Origin: Felis catus
Taxonomy: Eukaryota
Length of the DNA: 64,000 nt
Direction: 5' to 3'
Assembly (NCBI RefSeq): GCF_018350175.1
Contig: NC_058373.1
Coordinates: forward strand, 113,090,001-113,154,000
The translations under genes were made by a program, and so were the position numbers. Below, one piece after another: positions 37,001 through 50,644 of the stretch. A model generated the notes under the pieces. The model saw nothing but the letters and a program-made list of their open reading frames with translations, was not told the DNA's origin and did no database searches. The first letter of the stretch is position 1, and each line of letters opens with the position of its first letter.

Positions 37001-38798
37001 TTCTTTCCTCCCTGATTTCAGTCCTGCATCCGTCAGCCAGTACATTTCATAATTTGGTGTGCTGTCATCTTCCAGTCCTGGCTTAGCTCTCTCACTTCCA
37101 CCTCCAGCACCCCCTCCATTACTGCTCGGCATTGGTATATGTTGTCTTTCCTTTTCCCTAACATTCTTTTGTTTCATCAGCCATGGAGTGACCACATTTA
37201 AAGATAATTCTATGCCACATGTGCTTCATATTTTTTTCTTTTAATTAAGAAATAAAATTTCTGAGATAGTTGGAAACCATATTTTACCCTTCCCAACCCA
37301 TTCCCCTCGTAAGTGGTAACTACTATAATTAGTATGCATCATTGTTATTTACATTTTTATAGTTTTATTACATACATATCTGTAAAGTACATATAGAATT
37401 TTTGTATTTAAAAATATTTCTTATTCATGTAAACTGAAAAACAAAATTTATTGTCATTGCAGATCTCTGTACCTTACGGTTTTACTTATAAGGCTGTTAA
37501 GAGCAAGATTCTCGAAATTGATAGATATGTGCCTACTTCATATTAATTTTTATACAGTATTTCGAGAATATACTTTATTCCTCTATTAAGAGATATAAGG
37601 TCACACACACACCCTTATCCCATATTTTTGAATAGTGCTATTAAGAATATACATGTACATTTCTCTATGTTTGGGAGTTTCTGAGGTATACACATAGCAG
37701 TAGAGTTGTTGGCTCATAGGACTGATTACACACATCTTTAAATTGACTCAGTTTTGTCAAAATATTCTCCGAATTGGTTCTACAATTTATATTTCCTCTA
37801 GCAGATGTATGAGCGTTCCTATTTCTCTTTATCCTCACCAACATTTGGTATATATCTCAGATTGTTTTCCCTTTTGCCAAACTGATAGGTGTAATAGTAT
37901 CTTGTTGTGGTTTGCGTTTTACTGGTTGTTGGTGAAGTTAACAGTTTTCCTGTGCTTACTGCTGCTTCTGTGAAACATCTGTTCATCTTATTGCTCATTT
38001 TCTGATGGTTTGTCTTGTTACATTTTGTAGGCAGTATTAGCTGAATGAAAGTTCCCTCCACCCAAATTCTTTTGCTTTTCATTCCCGAACCCCTGCTGTT
38101 TAGGCCTGATGCTTGCTCATGCCATTTCTACTTTAATACTTTATAACTTTCTTACAACACTTCTACCTTTGCTTTTTAAAGTCCTACCATCCTTTTAGTC
38201 ATTCAGTTTTTTCATTTGTTCATGTTCCGCAACCATGCTGGTGACTAAGACCCTGGTCCCTGCCTTGTGGCACTCAGAAGGGTCGGGTGAAATGCCACGT
38301 TAGTCCATGCAGCCCTTCCTGAGCCCACTGACTGAAAGTAATCCCTTCCTCTACTGATTCCCAAGGATGCACTTTTATTTTTAAATTTGCTTGTATGTTT
38401 TTGTTCTTTTCAGGCTCCTTGAAACAGAGACTGCTAATTACATGAAAATGCTTAATTATTGTGGGATGCCAGATGTTTTAGAAGACATTTTAAATTCCTT
38501 GTTTTAGCCAGATCTCTAAAATTTTTCTTTACATAGTAATCAGTTAGGTGTTTTCTATTTGTCATAATTGTCCTAAGTGCTTTACTTGCACTCTCATTTA
38601 ATACCACAGTCCAGTGACTGGGTGAATGAGTTTTCATCCTCATTTTACAAGTTTCGAAACTGAGGTCTGGAAGGGCCCCGAAACACCATTATTAAAGTGC
38701 AGAGCTAAGATTTGAACTCAGTCTTGACACTAAAGCCTGTGCTCTTAAACATTCTGTGGTACTGTGTTTGATGTCAGTTATTAGTAAAGTAACTTTGA

Positions 38799-38951
<153 letters not shown>

Positions 38952-39484
38952 TGATTATTTAAATGTTTAAAATACGTTGCATAAATTAAAAAGTTGTTAA
39001 ATGATGAGACTTACCAAAGAATATTTTGCTATATCAACATCTATAAATTTTTCTAAATGTCTATTTCTTATAACAAGAAAAGTTGAAGAAATTATTTTTG
39101 CTTCTACTGAATCATAAAATGTATATATTGACACAAGGGAAAACTGTCATATATGCATTCAATGAACATTAAGTTAGCCCCTTTTTTTTAAAGGGGGGGT
39201 GTAATTTTGTTTTAGAAAATAACTTTAAAATATTCTAATAGTACAGTAATATCCTTTTATGCCTGCAGATTAACCACTGTTAATATAGTTTGGAGTATAT
39301 TCTTTCAGACATTTTTCCTACACATATACGCTGTATAGGAATATATGCTATTTACATTCATAGATTTTTTTGTTTTTTACAAAGATGGGATCATACTATG
39401 AAAAATTTTCCTCAACTAGCATGGTTGCCTTTCCATGCAAAACATGGGACTATTTCTCATTTTTTTTAATGGCTTGGTGTGATA

Positions 39485-39690
39485 TTTTTAATGTTTGTTG
39501 ACAGAGAGAGAGAGAGAGACAGAGTGCGAGTAAGGCAGGGGCAGAGAGAGGGAGACACAGAATCTGAAGCAGGCTCCAGGCTCTGAGCTGTCAGCACAGA
39601 GCCCGACTCAGGCCTTAAACTCATGAACTATGAGATCATGACCTGAGCTGAAGTCGGGATGCTCAACCGATTGAGCCACCCAGGCGCCCC
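39485..39690 (-). mobile_element. CAN-SINE
   Basis: Antisense copy ending gagccacccaggcgcccc; flanking repeat gct(t/a)ggtgtgatatttt. Confidence 0.93.
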
Positions 39691-40288
39691 AGCTAGGTGT
39701 GATATTTTATAGAACAGTAAAACCAGTATAAACCAGTCTTCTCTTGATGGACATTTATCTTCTGCCAGTTTTTTCACTGTGAGAAAAAAGTATTACAAAT
39801 TAGCATGCTTGTAACATAGACACTTACCCAGTTATATGAGTGTTCTGTTAGGCAAACTCCAAGAAGTGCAATTGCTGGGTCAGGGTATGCAATTTCTAAA
39901 CTGTTCTAAGCAACTTGCAGTTATTGTTTCATTCAGCCTTTATCACACTCCTCCTCCTCTCCACTTGACAAATAAGGAACTGAGGCATAGAGATGTTGGA
40001 ATCATGATTTTAACCCAGGCATAGGCAGAAATCAAGGTGTTTGTTGAATTTCTCTCCTTTATAGTCATCATTCAGGGGCTTGATGTGGAGGAGAAGATAT
40101 CATTTCACTGCATATTCAGATTTTATAATTATGAAAGTTAACATACAGGGTTATTTCTATACTGAAAGGATTATGAAAGCTTTCATAAGTGTTTGAGTGC
40201 TAGTGTATCTGCCACATCTCTGATTTTTAAGCCTTTCAGTACTTTTTTGCATTATTTGGTGTACATTTTTCAATTTCTGTACTTTTAG

Positions 40289-40386
40289 ATATTGAAGTGG
40301 CTTGTTATGGTTATGAAGGCATTGATGCTGTAAAAGAAGCCCTGAGAGCAGGTTTGAATTGTTCTACAGAAACCATGCCCATCAAG
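40289..40386 (+). CDS. EIF2S1: EIF2S1 exon 6
   Basis: (D)[32 protein letters not shown]; tag/gtgagt. Confidence 0.97.
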
Positions 40387-40606
40387 GTGAGTAATGTTTT
40401 CTCTCTCCCTGCTAAAATACCAACCTAAACCAAATCAGATTCTTTTTATGATCATGTTTCATAACAGGTGTCGGGCAGAGTGGTTCTTGGTGCTGTTGTC
40501 TAAAGGATGCTACTGCTACTGTCACAGTGGATAAAGATTTCTATTGGTATTTAGTGCCAGGGGGCCGGCTGTGCTAAACCTCCTTTATAATATAAAGAGT
40601 TGCTAC

Positions 40607-40785
40607 GGGGCATCTGGGTGGCTCAGTCAGTTAAGCGTCCAGCTTCAGCTCAGGTCATGATCTTGTGGCTCGTGAGTTTGAGCCCCGCATTGGGCTGTCT
40701 GCTGTTAGCACAGAGCCTGCTTCAGATCCTCTGTTCCCCCTCATTTTCTCTGCTCCTCCTCTGCTGGCTGTCTCTTCTCTTCTCT

Positions 40786-40822
<37 letters not shown>
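40607..40822 (+). mobile_element. CAN-SINE with long pure A tail
   Basis: Head, body and about 36 A. Confidence 0.92.
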
Positions 40823-40824
<2 letters not shown>

Positions 40825-41304
40825 ATTGCTGTGCCCATAATGCCCATAGGATCTTGAAAAGGATAACATATTCTCATATTCACACATCTTTTAGGAGTTT
40901 TGGTCTGAATCTTCTAAGCAGTACAATTAACCAGATGGTTGTTATTCAGAATCTTAGATTTTCTTCTGTCAGTTTAGTTTAGAACCAAATAAGAATTTTT
41001 GTTGCTTTTAGAAACAAATTATCCATTGTTCTGATGATGGCTGTAGTTATTTTAGCCACCAAAGAGGGAGAAGTCTTAATTGTATATATTGTCTTTCAGT
41101 GGACTGTTTACATTGGATTATATCACTGTATCAACTAGTTTTTGCTGCATTAACAAACCAGCCCCAATTGCTGATTTACAGAATTAGAAATTAAGTTTTA
41201 GGGTGATTTGTTAAGGCAGCAGATTAGCAAAAAAGTTCTCAAACATGCTGATGGTTTTGTGTTGTATTGTTATGTTCATAATTGATTTTTTTCTTCTTTC
41301 TTAG

Positions 41305-41478
<174 letters not shown>

Positions 41479-41498
41479 TAAAATATATAAGAAATTTA

Positions 41499-41620
41499 GG
41501 GGTGCCCAGCTGGCTCAGTCAGTAGAGTATGCAACTCTTGATCTTGGGGTCATGAGTTCAAATCTCACCTTGGGGTTAGAGATTACTTAGATACATACAT
41601 ATGTATGTATGTACATACAT
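41499..41620 (+). mobile_element. Short older tRNA-derived CAN-SINE
   Basis: ggggtgcccagctggctcagtcagtagag...ttagagattactta. Confidence 0.8.
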
Positions 41621-42324
41621 ACGGAATTTAAATCTCTAAATGATTTGCATTCTAAAATACTTAATCACTGCCTTTTAAAACATGAGATACATCTAGGATT
41701 ATAATTCCGCTAAGCATAAAATAATCATTGACTCAGAGGGCCCTTAAAGGGGCTTTTTAGAAGTAAATGAGAACTGTCACTCATTTAGAAGTAAATGAGA
41801 ACTATGATGGTTATTCAGGAGTAAGGTCACTGATGGATGTTGGGTTTATCCCCCCAAAAGAGAAAAAAAATAGACAATAAAAATGAGTGGTTATTGTCAG
41901 AATTTAATGTGGAAGGCTTAAAATTTGATCTAAGGATTAGGAACAAGAGTAATATTTTCTTCATCTCAACAAGAATGAAACCTAATTAGAAAAAAATGGT
42001 AAGTAATTTATTTTAAACCCAGAGGATGCATTTTTATAAGACATCTTATGGGTTTGAAAGATACAGCCACCGAGATGATTTTCATATTTTTCAGTTTTGG
42101 CTTATAAAAATGATAGAAGGGAATATTTTCTTTTAATACACATTTCTTTTCCCCATACTCTCACTCTTTTACATTTCTCCCATTATTTATCTAATGGAAT
42201 TTATTAATGATGCAGCAGCACTCAAGAATGAACAGATGGCAGAGTTGGTGAAGGAAAAGTATTTTTTTAAGAGTTAAAATACTAGACAATAAGAGTATTA
42301 AAGTTGAATTCGTATACTGTTTAA

Positions 42325-42486
<162 letters not shown>

Positions 42487-42884
42487 CTTTGTGGGAAACA
42501 GAGTCCAGTTTAAGGAACACAAAACAGCCCTTCCTGGCTGTAAACCCTAGACTGAAAGTTTTCCAGTATTGAAAACTTCAAAGCTGAATATTTTTTATTT
42601 CCAAGTATTTAAATGTTCCAACAGACCAAAATGTGAAATGCCCTCCTAAAAGTCAAAAAGTCAGCTGTTTTCACACAATAGCTCCAACATTCAGCATTTT
42701 TTAAGGGAGTGGGCCTAATTTCACTAGAGATAAATCTTTAAGAACATAAAATTGGGCTTGTGGTTTCCATTTCTGATGTCTCCAGATTGGCACCCCTTTG
42801 TAGTTCAGTGCCTCCATGAGATTTACAAGGGGGCACCCAAAGCAAATAGCCTCAACCTTTCTATATAAAATGTATCAAGCAAAC

Positions 42885-42894
42885 ATTAAATAAA
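42885..42894 (+). terminator. EIF2S1: Candidate proximal EIF2S1 poly(A) signal
   Basis: Overlapping ATTAAA/AATAAA about 400 nt after the stop, followed by U-rich sequence. Confidence 0.6.
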
Positions 42895-44957
42895 TTTCTG
42901 GGATATTTAACTATAGGCTTCTTCCTTCTTGTCACCAGTTAAAAGCATTATGATTACTAAGATCTTAATTCTATTATCTTCCTTTTAGTCTAGATGTAGA
43001 AGAAACAAGGGCAGGTGACCAAAGGATCTATACAGCGGATCCTTTCAAAGAAGGGTTTGGAGAAAATAATTTCTCAATTTTAACCACAGTTACAGTTGAC
43101 TCTTAGGGAGAAAAAGCCTTAAAACACAATATAAAAATTACATAGGATGTGTGCCTTTTGCCAGTTTGAGACTGAGAATACATGGTATGAGGGAGAATTT
43201 ATCACACTGGTTCTTGTTGGTGTACTAAGCTGCTCGCCCTGAGTTTGTAATTTAGGGTGGTAAAGTTTTGTTTGTTTTTAAAGATGCTGCCTTAGTTATT
43301 TTGAGTATCATTGCTCAGCTTTTGATTTTTTTTTTTCTCTCCCATTAAATCATTCACTAGGTGCCACCTAGAGCTTTAGTTCTTTATAACAAATAGGGAT
43401 CTGATTGAACACAATTACAATTTTTCTATATTTCCATCATTTGTATGTTTAAGAGCTAATTGTTTTAAAGGTCTATGAATCTAAAGGTAAAGAAAGGTAA
43501 AGAAATTTCATAGATAACATAGTAACTTAGATACATATCTAAGTTACTATTTGAAGTTAAGTTACAGTAGCCAGGGTATAGAAAGTCTTGAGTTTGAAGA
43601 CTGGTCTGTTTCATAGATTTAATCTCTTTGGATACTTGAGGTACTAGATGTATTCATTTTATTAATTACTCCTAAGAATAGCTATTTAAAAACATAAAAG
43701 ATTAAACCTAACCCACCTTACTTGACTGAGGACTAGATTTAATTCAATTATTAAAGGGACTAGGAAATAGAAGAGTGTGTTGGTGAAACAGTCAATGCCT
43801 TTTTTGGAGGTTTGTCCCTTTATTTAATTCAGCAGCCTCTAGTAGCTTTTTAAATCCCAAAGTATAACTTCATATGGCTATTTCCACGAAATAGCCTTGA
43901 TTGCCAGCTAGCATGCCATACTGGGAATATTTAGAGGAGGATCTAAATATTGGCACATGATTTTCACTTTGGTTTTTTTGAGGAGTCAAAAAACTATAAG
44001 GCTTGTGACATCAAGAATGTCATCAAAATATAACCGATGCTCCCTAAATGTTTGCTGTAGGCAGGAGAATTGAATTTTCACCTTGTTTACTGATGTTTTT
44101 GTACTTCAAAGGCGTAACTGTTGAGAAGTACTGGTGACCTCTATGGTGAGTGATTTTATCCCATGCAAGCCTTTTGCTCAGCTCTACAACAATTTTGCAA
44201 ATTTATGACCCGTCCCAGAGAAAAGGTTAATACCTCACTGACACCTTGAAGGAGAGAACTAAGTAAAAGCATACATATACCCTGCTGCCCTAACAAGATC
44301 ACTTTCAAACGTGAGGACAAGCTACACACCCATCTCCAAATAACCTGAGGAACAGATTGACAAGGACAATTGACAACTTTATCCAAATCTTGCATCTCCC
44401 CACAGCGTCTTTTCATTAAAAACTGACAATTTCATCTACTCCCCATTCTGCCTTTGAGGTAAAAGCAGTTATCAGCTCACACAACTGAAAATTAGCAGTA
44501 GTTTGGGTCTCGTTTAATCATAATTGAAAGTCAAAACCAGCCGAGAAAAAGTGGGAACATTCAAAACATTTCATTTGCTGTATTTTATAGCAAAAGAAGA
44601 CGGACCAGTACATACATGGGTCATTTTCATTTAGGGGAAACCTACAGAGACCTGCTAAGCACTAAATCACACCAAGCATTATGATGATTACTCAGCTGCC
44701 ATACTTTCAAACATTTTAGCTACTTTTGTATGAAGACCCATCAATTAAAATGGTTTGGGATTTTTAAAAATTCAAGTACTGGTACCTTGGCAACAGTTGC
44801 CCCCTGATTTGCCTCAAGGTGATGGCCATCTACTTTTTTCAATGCATGAAGATTCTGATACACCTATATAGAATGGTGCTGTTGCACCAATTTGGAGTCA
44901 AGCCATCAAGCCAAATGCAGTTTAATTTAGATAAACACTTGTTGATATTCAAAGAGC

Positions 44958-45290
44958 AATAAAGAAACTAATTCCAGGGACATCAGACCTTGGTGAAATG
45001 CCAAATGGAAAAATGGTGCTTTAAAAGGCAGTCTCTTACAATGTAAGGAATAAAATAAAACCTCATTAGCTTGGAATTCCTGATCACTCAGGTCAGGTAT
45101 TTCTAGACCAGATTAAGAGGAGACAGTTCAAACTAAAAGGAAAATTTTTTCCTTAAGCACTTTGGAAATACTATTCCCCTTAAATGTAAGTTACATATCT
45201 ATTCATTAAAGGAAGTCTAAGCACTTGTACTTGGCAAGAATGCTGGCAGTAGCTTGTGCCAGATTACTGTATAAACTTGAAAGTAATAAA
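44958..45290 (+). terminator. EIF2S1: Candidate distal EIF2S1 poly(A) signal cluster
   Basis: AATAAA at 44958, 45049, 45054 and 45285 at the end of a long AT-rich stretch with no SINEs. Confidence 0.5.
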
Positions 45291-45782
45291 AATGTTTTTA
45301 AAGATACTGTATGATACAGACTTTTCACTACTTCAGATTAACCCCACTGGTGAAGCTTCTTGGTACATGTCTCAATGTTTAAAACAAAAATTTCATGCCT
45401 TAATTTAATTCTTTTACATCTTTCTCTGTCCTTTAGCAGCTTCTGCTCTGCATCTCTTTCTGAATGCCATTTTTCATAGAAACACTGTAACTTCACTCTT
45501 TTTTGTATGTGTGAGTAATCTCTCCCATCTGAGCCCATGATTTCTGCAGTATATATGCTTATGCAGGCTTCTTTTTCAAAGCAAATCAATATTCAAGGAA
45601 TGTTCAACCAAAATTTTGCCATCATCCCCATTTTAAGATGAAGCATTTTAAGATGAAGTGACAGGTCACTTGACATGTTTTCATAATCTTGCATAGTAAT
45701 TTACATAGGCTCGAGTATGGAAAACCTTTGAAAACCATACAACTTTGTCCAGGAAATTCTAATAGCTAAAAACATGGCAGTT

Positions 45783-45856
45783 TTTATTAATTCCAAGGGA
45801 GGAGTTAGTTTTTAACAGCACTTCAGAGACAGCCAACACGATATTAGCATTTTATT
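45783..45856 (-). terminator. PLEK2: Candidate PLEK2 poly(A) signals
   Basis: TTTATT on + (AATAAA on -) at 45851-45856 and 45783-45788, 330-400 nt after the PLEK2 stop. Confidence 0.65.
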
Positions 45857-46182
45857 TAGTATTGCAACGTGGCTAGTTAGTGTTACAACAGGGAACCCTA
45901 CCTTGGTGCCCGAGGAATGGCTGGCTGTGAAGATGGGTGAAAGTCAAGATGCTGACACCTAATGGTTGTTCTAGCATTTCCAGGCTGTTAACAGGAAGGT
46001 GGGGAAGGAAATAGCACCACTGCCGACTGTGATCTAAGGATCACCAGTCTCACTGCAAAGCAGTGCAAAATATACAAAGAAGCTATAAGTCTGCACACAC
46101 CCATTCTCCAGGAAACGTTGTCTGTACCATCCGGTAGGAGGGAGGAAACCTTGTCCTGTTCCTTCAGGAACACACTCCCTTG

Positions 46183-46310
46183 TCACGTTAGCTTTTTGAT
46201 AGCTTCAATCCACTCAGCTCGCTCAGCCTTGCTGCTGGCCTGGATGTAATAGTGTGTGTCATCCTTGGTAATCACTTTGAAGAGATTCCCCTGGACATTT
46301 CCTTTAACCC
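46183..46310 (-). CDS. PLEK2: PLEK2 exon 9, coding part to stop
   Basis: (G)VKGNVQGNLFKVITKDDTHYYIQASSKAERAEWIEAIKKLT-TGA. Confidence 0.96.
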
Positions 46311-47015
46311 CTGAGCAGAAGAAAAATCAGTGAGTGAGTATCCATGTCTGCTTTCAGCTAGAAGTCAACTGAGCCAAAAACAAAAATACACATGAAGTGT
46401 TTTTCAATGCCAACGTATGTGGTTAGGGAATCCCACCCAATGCCCGCTTCCCTCTTTTCCTCCTCTCCATTCCCTGTCCTTCACCTGTGCCCTCCTGGCC
46501 TGCTCCCTGCACCAACCACAGATCTACAGTTCCATTCACATCAAAGAATCCAGTATGCTTATGATAAAAGCAGGCACAGATCTGGGACCTGATATTAACT
46601 TGTTTCACTTCTTTGAACCTCAATTTCCATGTCCATAAAATGGGAATAATACTGTCTTAGCTGGCCATTGTGAAATTAGCGTGCTAATAGGCATTCAGCT
46701 GTGTTGCTAATCCTTAAACACTGTAGGCTTCTATTCTTAGGTGGCAATTTATCTGCCAGTAGGCACAGAAACTGAGGGGAAAGAATACCAGAAACAAGGA
46801 TTATTTAGTTGTGTTGTTAAAAGACTAAGACCACCACCCCCCTTGCCCTTTTCCCTAATTCTGAAATTGGCTTCAAACTCACACCATTCGTCTCACTGAG
46901 AGAGCATACTCCGCTCCCATAGCTCAGTCCATCAGCAGAGCACTGCTGACAGCACAGCAGGGGGGATTTGAGGAGGAGCCTGAGGCCTGCAGGCCAGCGT
47001 GAAGTTGCACCTTAC

Positions 47016-47094
47016 CAGTGGGAACGCCGTTATCCTCCAGAGCAGACACGAGGGAACCACGAAGAGAAAACCCACCCACTGGCCGGTTCTCTTC
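47016..47094 (-). CDS. PLEK2: PLEK2 exon 8
   Basis: EENRPVGGFSLRGSLVSALEDNGVPT; cag/gtaagg. Confidence 0.96.
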
Positions 47095-47604
47095 CTGCAG
47101 CGGAAAGGATTCCTCATTAGGCATAGTGTGAATGCATAAAAGGGAAAAAGGAGTTGAACTCTTGCCCGTAACCACCCTGAGGCCCGCTAAAGAAGTCAGA
47201 GAGTCATCTGGAAGAGTAGGTGAGGCTGAATTTAGACATCACACGGCCATGTGACATGCACCAGTAAGGAAATCTGGGCTTCATTTCACTGCCAGCAGTG
47301 GCAGGGCCACATTCCTCCCCTCACTCCATCGTGTGCCACTGTTAGGGTGGGAATTCCTGACTGAAGCCTGGTGATGGAGGAACTGCCCACTCTCCAGTAT
47401 TTCAAAAAATGAATGAAAATCCTACATCTACCAAGACAAGGCTGGACAGGCCAACTAAAAGGCCATTTTTCTTTGCTTTTGACTGGAATTAAATCAACTC
47501 ATCACACAATAACTCTTATACCCGAAACTCAGAGTAGCAATCCTTTGATCAATTAGAAAAAAGAAAACAAAATTAGTAAATTATGACCTAAACAGTACAT
47601 GGTA

Positions 47605-47814
47605 GGGGCGCCTGGGTGGCGCAGTCGGTTAAGCGTCCGACTTCAGCCAGGTCACGATCTCGCGGTCCGTGAGTTCGAGCCCCGCGTCAGGCTCTGGGCT
47701 GATGGCTCAGAGCCTGGAGCCTGTTTCCGATTCTGTGTCTCCCTCTCTCTCTGCCCATCCCCCGTTCATTCTCTGTCTCTCTCTGTCCCAAAAATAAAAT
47801 AAACGTTAAAAAAA

Positions 47815-47857
<43 letters not shown>

Positions 47858-47860
47858 AAA
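47605..47860 (+). mobile_element. Young CAN-SINE (ttcagccaggtc subfamily) with (AAAT)n tail
   Basis: Perfect TSD taaacagtacatggta (47589-47604, 47861-47876). Confidence 0.95.
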
Positions 47861-48253
47861 TAAACAGTACATGGTAAAAGAAACTTTCCACAACACTGGT
47901 GGGGACAAAAGGTTGAGGGGCAGGATTCATGGGATCTCCTCATAGAAAGGGGTGAAGAGGCTGGAAAGCACTAGTTAGGAGTCTATCAGCCCGCTCCACC
48001 CTCCCCAGCCACACAAAAAGCTTTGGAGAAACTAAAAGATGCTTTCCTCTCAAAATAATGATAACCCTCTTGCGCAGGCAACAGCGTGCTGAAGGGAATG
48101 ATCAGACCATCGAGTGCAGCTTGGATTGTGGGAGGAGAGGGAGGGAGGGATGCTGAGAGAAAGGAAGGAAGTACAGCCAGCTGCCTGCTGTGCCCAGGAC
48201 AGAAGGGTCTGGAAGTATCACACACGGGTACCAAGTGAACATGTGACACTCAC

Positions 48254-48337
48254 TTTGGAAGGGTCATAGTAATGCAGAAAAGCCGGATCCTTCCTCAGAA
48301 CAAAGCGCCGCACCTTCCAGTTTTTCCTTTTGTGTCC
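48254..48337 (-). CDS. PLEK2: PLEK2 exon 7 (C-terminal PH domain)
   Basis: GHKRKNWKVRRFVLRKDPAFLHYYDPSK; cag/gtgagt. Confidence 0.96.
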
Positions 48338-49771
48338 CTGAGGCAAAGAAAGGGTTCAAGGCTCATCTGTGACAGCTCTGTCCCTTCCTCCCACCTCCAT
48401 GCAGCTAATGCGAAACATCCAAGCCAGCTGGCTCCAACAGACTACTTTCTAAGAGGAGTCTGCTGGAGACCCAGGGATTGCAGTGACTTGGACTTCCCTG
48501 CTCAGAGACACATTAGCAAAAACACTGTCACAGTTAGCCAAGTTCCCAGAACCAAAGAGGGTCACACTGAAGGAAGAGGGGAGCATGACTCAGGGCCCAC
48601 TCAGCGTGTAAGGTGGACAGGGAGGCAGCAGGTGTCAGCTACACTAAGAGCTCACGGGCAAACTTGAACCCAAGGGCACCAACTTTAAGTGTCAACTTAG
48701 CAAAAAAACAAACCTACACACAGTTGCATGTACTTATGTGCACACAAATACAGCAAAAACCACTTCAACGTTCTGCATCAGCAAAAGAAACGATCACTTC
48801 TATGTTAAAATCTAAATGTGTAAGACACTGGTGTGTGTGTTACTCTCTTTGGCTTCACCCCCTGGATCGCAAAGCTTCCTCAACCCTTTAGCCTGGAACA
48901 CCCAGAGCCCCTCCCACACCTTCCTCGTGGTCTTCCAGGGCCTCACTGCCTCCCCTCACTAGACTCCTGTCAGGCCTGGGAGCGGCAGTAGAGATCTATC
49001 TGGGGTAGATAGGCAGTTGCATGCACAGTAAATAATCCAAGAGCAGATGGGGATCCTGATATGCAAGAAGCAGGTGACAAGGACAGCCATGTGCTCCAAG
49101 TAAAAATGGGCAGGGCACTGAGCAGCACGTGTGTCCATGGTACAGACATGCACATTTGCACGGTGTGTGGGAAATGCACAAACACGAGGGGTGTGCAGAG
49201 GTCACGTCACATGCTGGGATGTGGGGATTCTGTTCACAGAATAGCCTGTGTGTCAGGCACAGGTAGAAAGGCCACATGTGTGCCTGGGACAGGGCTTCTC
49301 TCCAAACACGGTTAACGGTAGTGACCACAGTCAGGTTTTAAACACTGACATTACACTGCAGAATTTTGTCTTAAAAGACTTTTTTTTTTTTTTTCGAAAA
49401 GTGTATCTGGAGGGTATGCAGAGTCCCACGGAAGAAGACAGAGACCCCAGGAAGCGTCCTGGAGCTGAAGGCCAGCAAATGCAAAACACTGATCCAGTAA
49501 GCAATGTCCTTCCAGACAAATGCATGAACTGTGCAGTGCTGCAGACGTTTTTTAGCATTGTGATACTGACTTGTGCGTACTTTCCCCTGTGTCTGGGACA
49601 CACACGCACACGTGTGTGAACGGGCACATTCATGCCTCTTGCCTTGCTCCCTGCAGCCGCCACCGGCTCCTGCTTTAGCAGATTCTGCTGGTAATGAGTG
49701 CCCTTTAGCAGCTCAGCCCCTCCCACCCTCTGGGGGCATTCTGTCCATCTCCCTCTCCAAGACAAGCATAC

Positions 49772-49873
49772 CTGCTTGGCCAGATAGCCCTGTTTTACCA
49801 CTGTGCCACTCAACTCCACAGTGCTGAGGTTAATTTCTTCCTTGGAGCTTATCTTCTTCTTGTAGCTCTCAGC
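49772..49873 (-). CDS. PLEK2: PLEK2 exon 6
   Basis: AESYKKKISSKEEINLSTVELSGTVVKQGYLAKQ; tag/gtatgc. Confidence 0.96.
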
Positions 49874-50106
49874 CTAGTGGGAAGGAGTGAACAAGGGCTC
49901 TGTTACAAAAAGGCTCCAGTTCCAGGCTCTGGGACTACCACAGGGGACAGGAAAATCCTTGGTACAGAAACCTCACTCCCCCTGAGGGTGAAGAAGTCCC
50001 CAAACCCTAGGCCTCTGGTCCATGACTGTGGATCCCCTGGCCCTCACTCGGTTACCTTCTCCTTCCCTCTGCCCCAGCGGCAAGAAGAACCCACTCCCTA
50101 ACTTAC

Positions 50107-50294
50107 GAAAGTGTACAGGGCTGTGGAGTCATCCAGGAACTGCTCGGCCAGGTCTCCAGAGCGAATGGCTCCCATGCTTCGGACGCCTACTGGCTTAAGG
50201 AAATTCTCTTCCATGAGCATGGAGGCCAGGGTCACAGCCTCCAGACGGTTAGCAGAAAAGCTGTTGGAGATGAGCCAGTCCACTAGGGATGAGC
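50107..50294 (-). CDS. PLEK2: PLEK2 exon 5 (DEP domain)
   Basis: SSLVDWLISNSFSANRLEAVTLASMLMEENFLKPVG...DDSTALYTF; cag/gtaagt. Confidence 0.96.
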
Positions 50295-50552
50295 CTGCAT
50301 TGGGGCAAGGGCAGCATCAGTCAGATGACAGGCTACAGACCAGCCTCCCTGGGGGTGATTGGCTGTGACCTCATTGACCCTAACCTCCTGGGCAGCCTTG
50401 GGTTCTACCCGAGAGCATGTGGCCATGTCAGACCAGCCCATTGGCCACAGGCAGCTCTGGCCTCAGCACAGGAAGGCAAGCATGGCTGAGTCTCAGGTCG
50501 CCATGCCCCAGGTTTCCACTGCCCAGCCCAGCCCCCAAGAGGGGATGCTCAC

Positions 50553-50644
50553 CTATGAAGGTCTTTTTGTAGGTGCTTCCCTGTTCCATGTTGGGGCTTG
50601 GCCGGATTCCGCTGCTGCTGTCATGCATCTTGTCCACTATGCGA
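50553..50644 (-). CDS. PLEK2: PLEK2 exon 4 (DEP domain)
   Basis: RIVDKMHDSSSGIRPSPNMEQGSTYKKTFI; tag/gtgagc. Confidence 0.96.
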
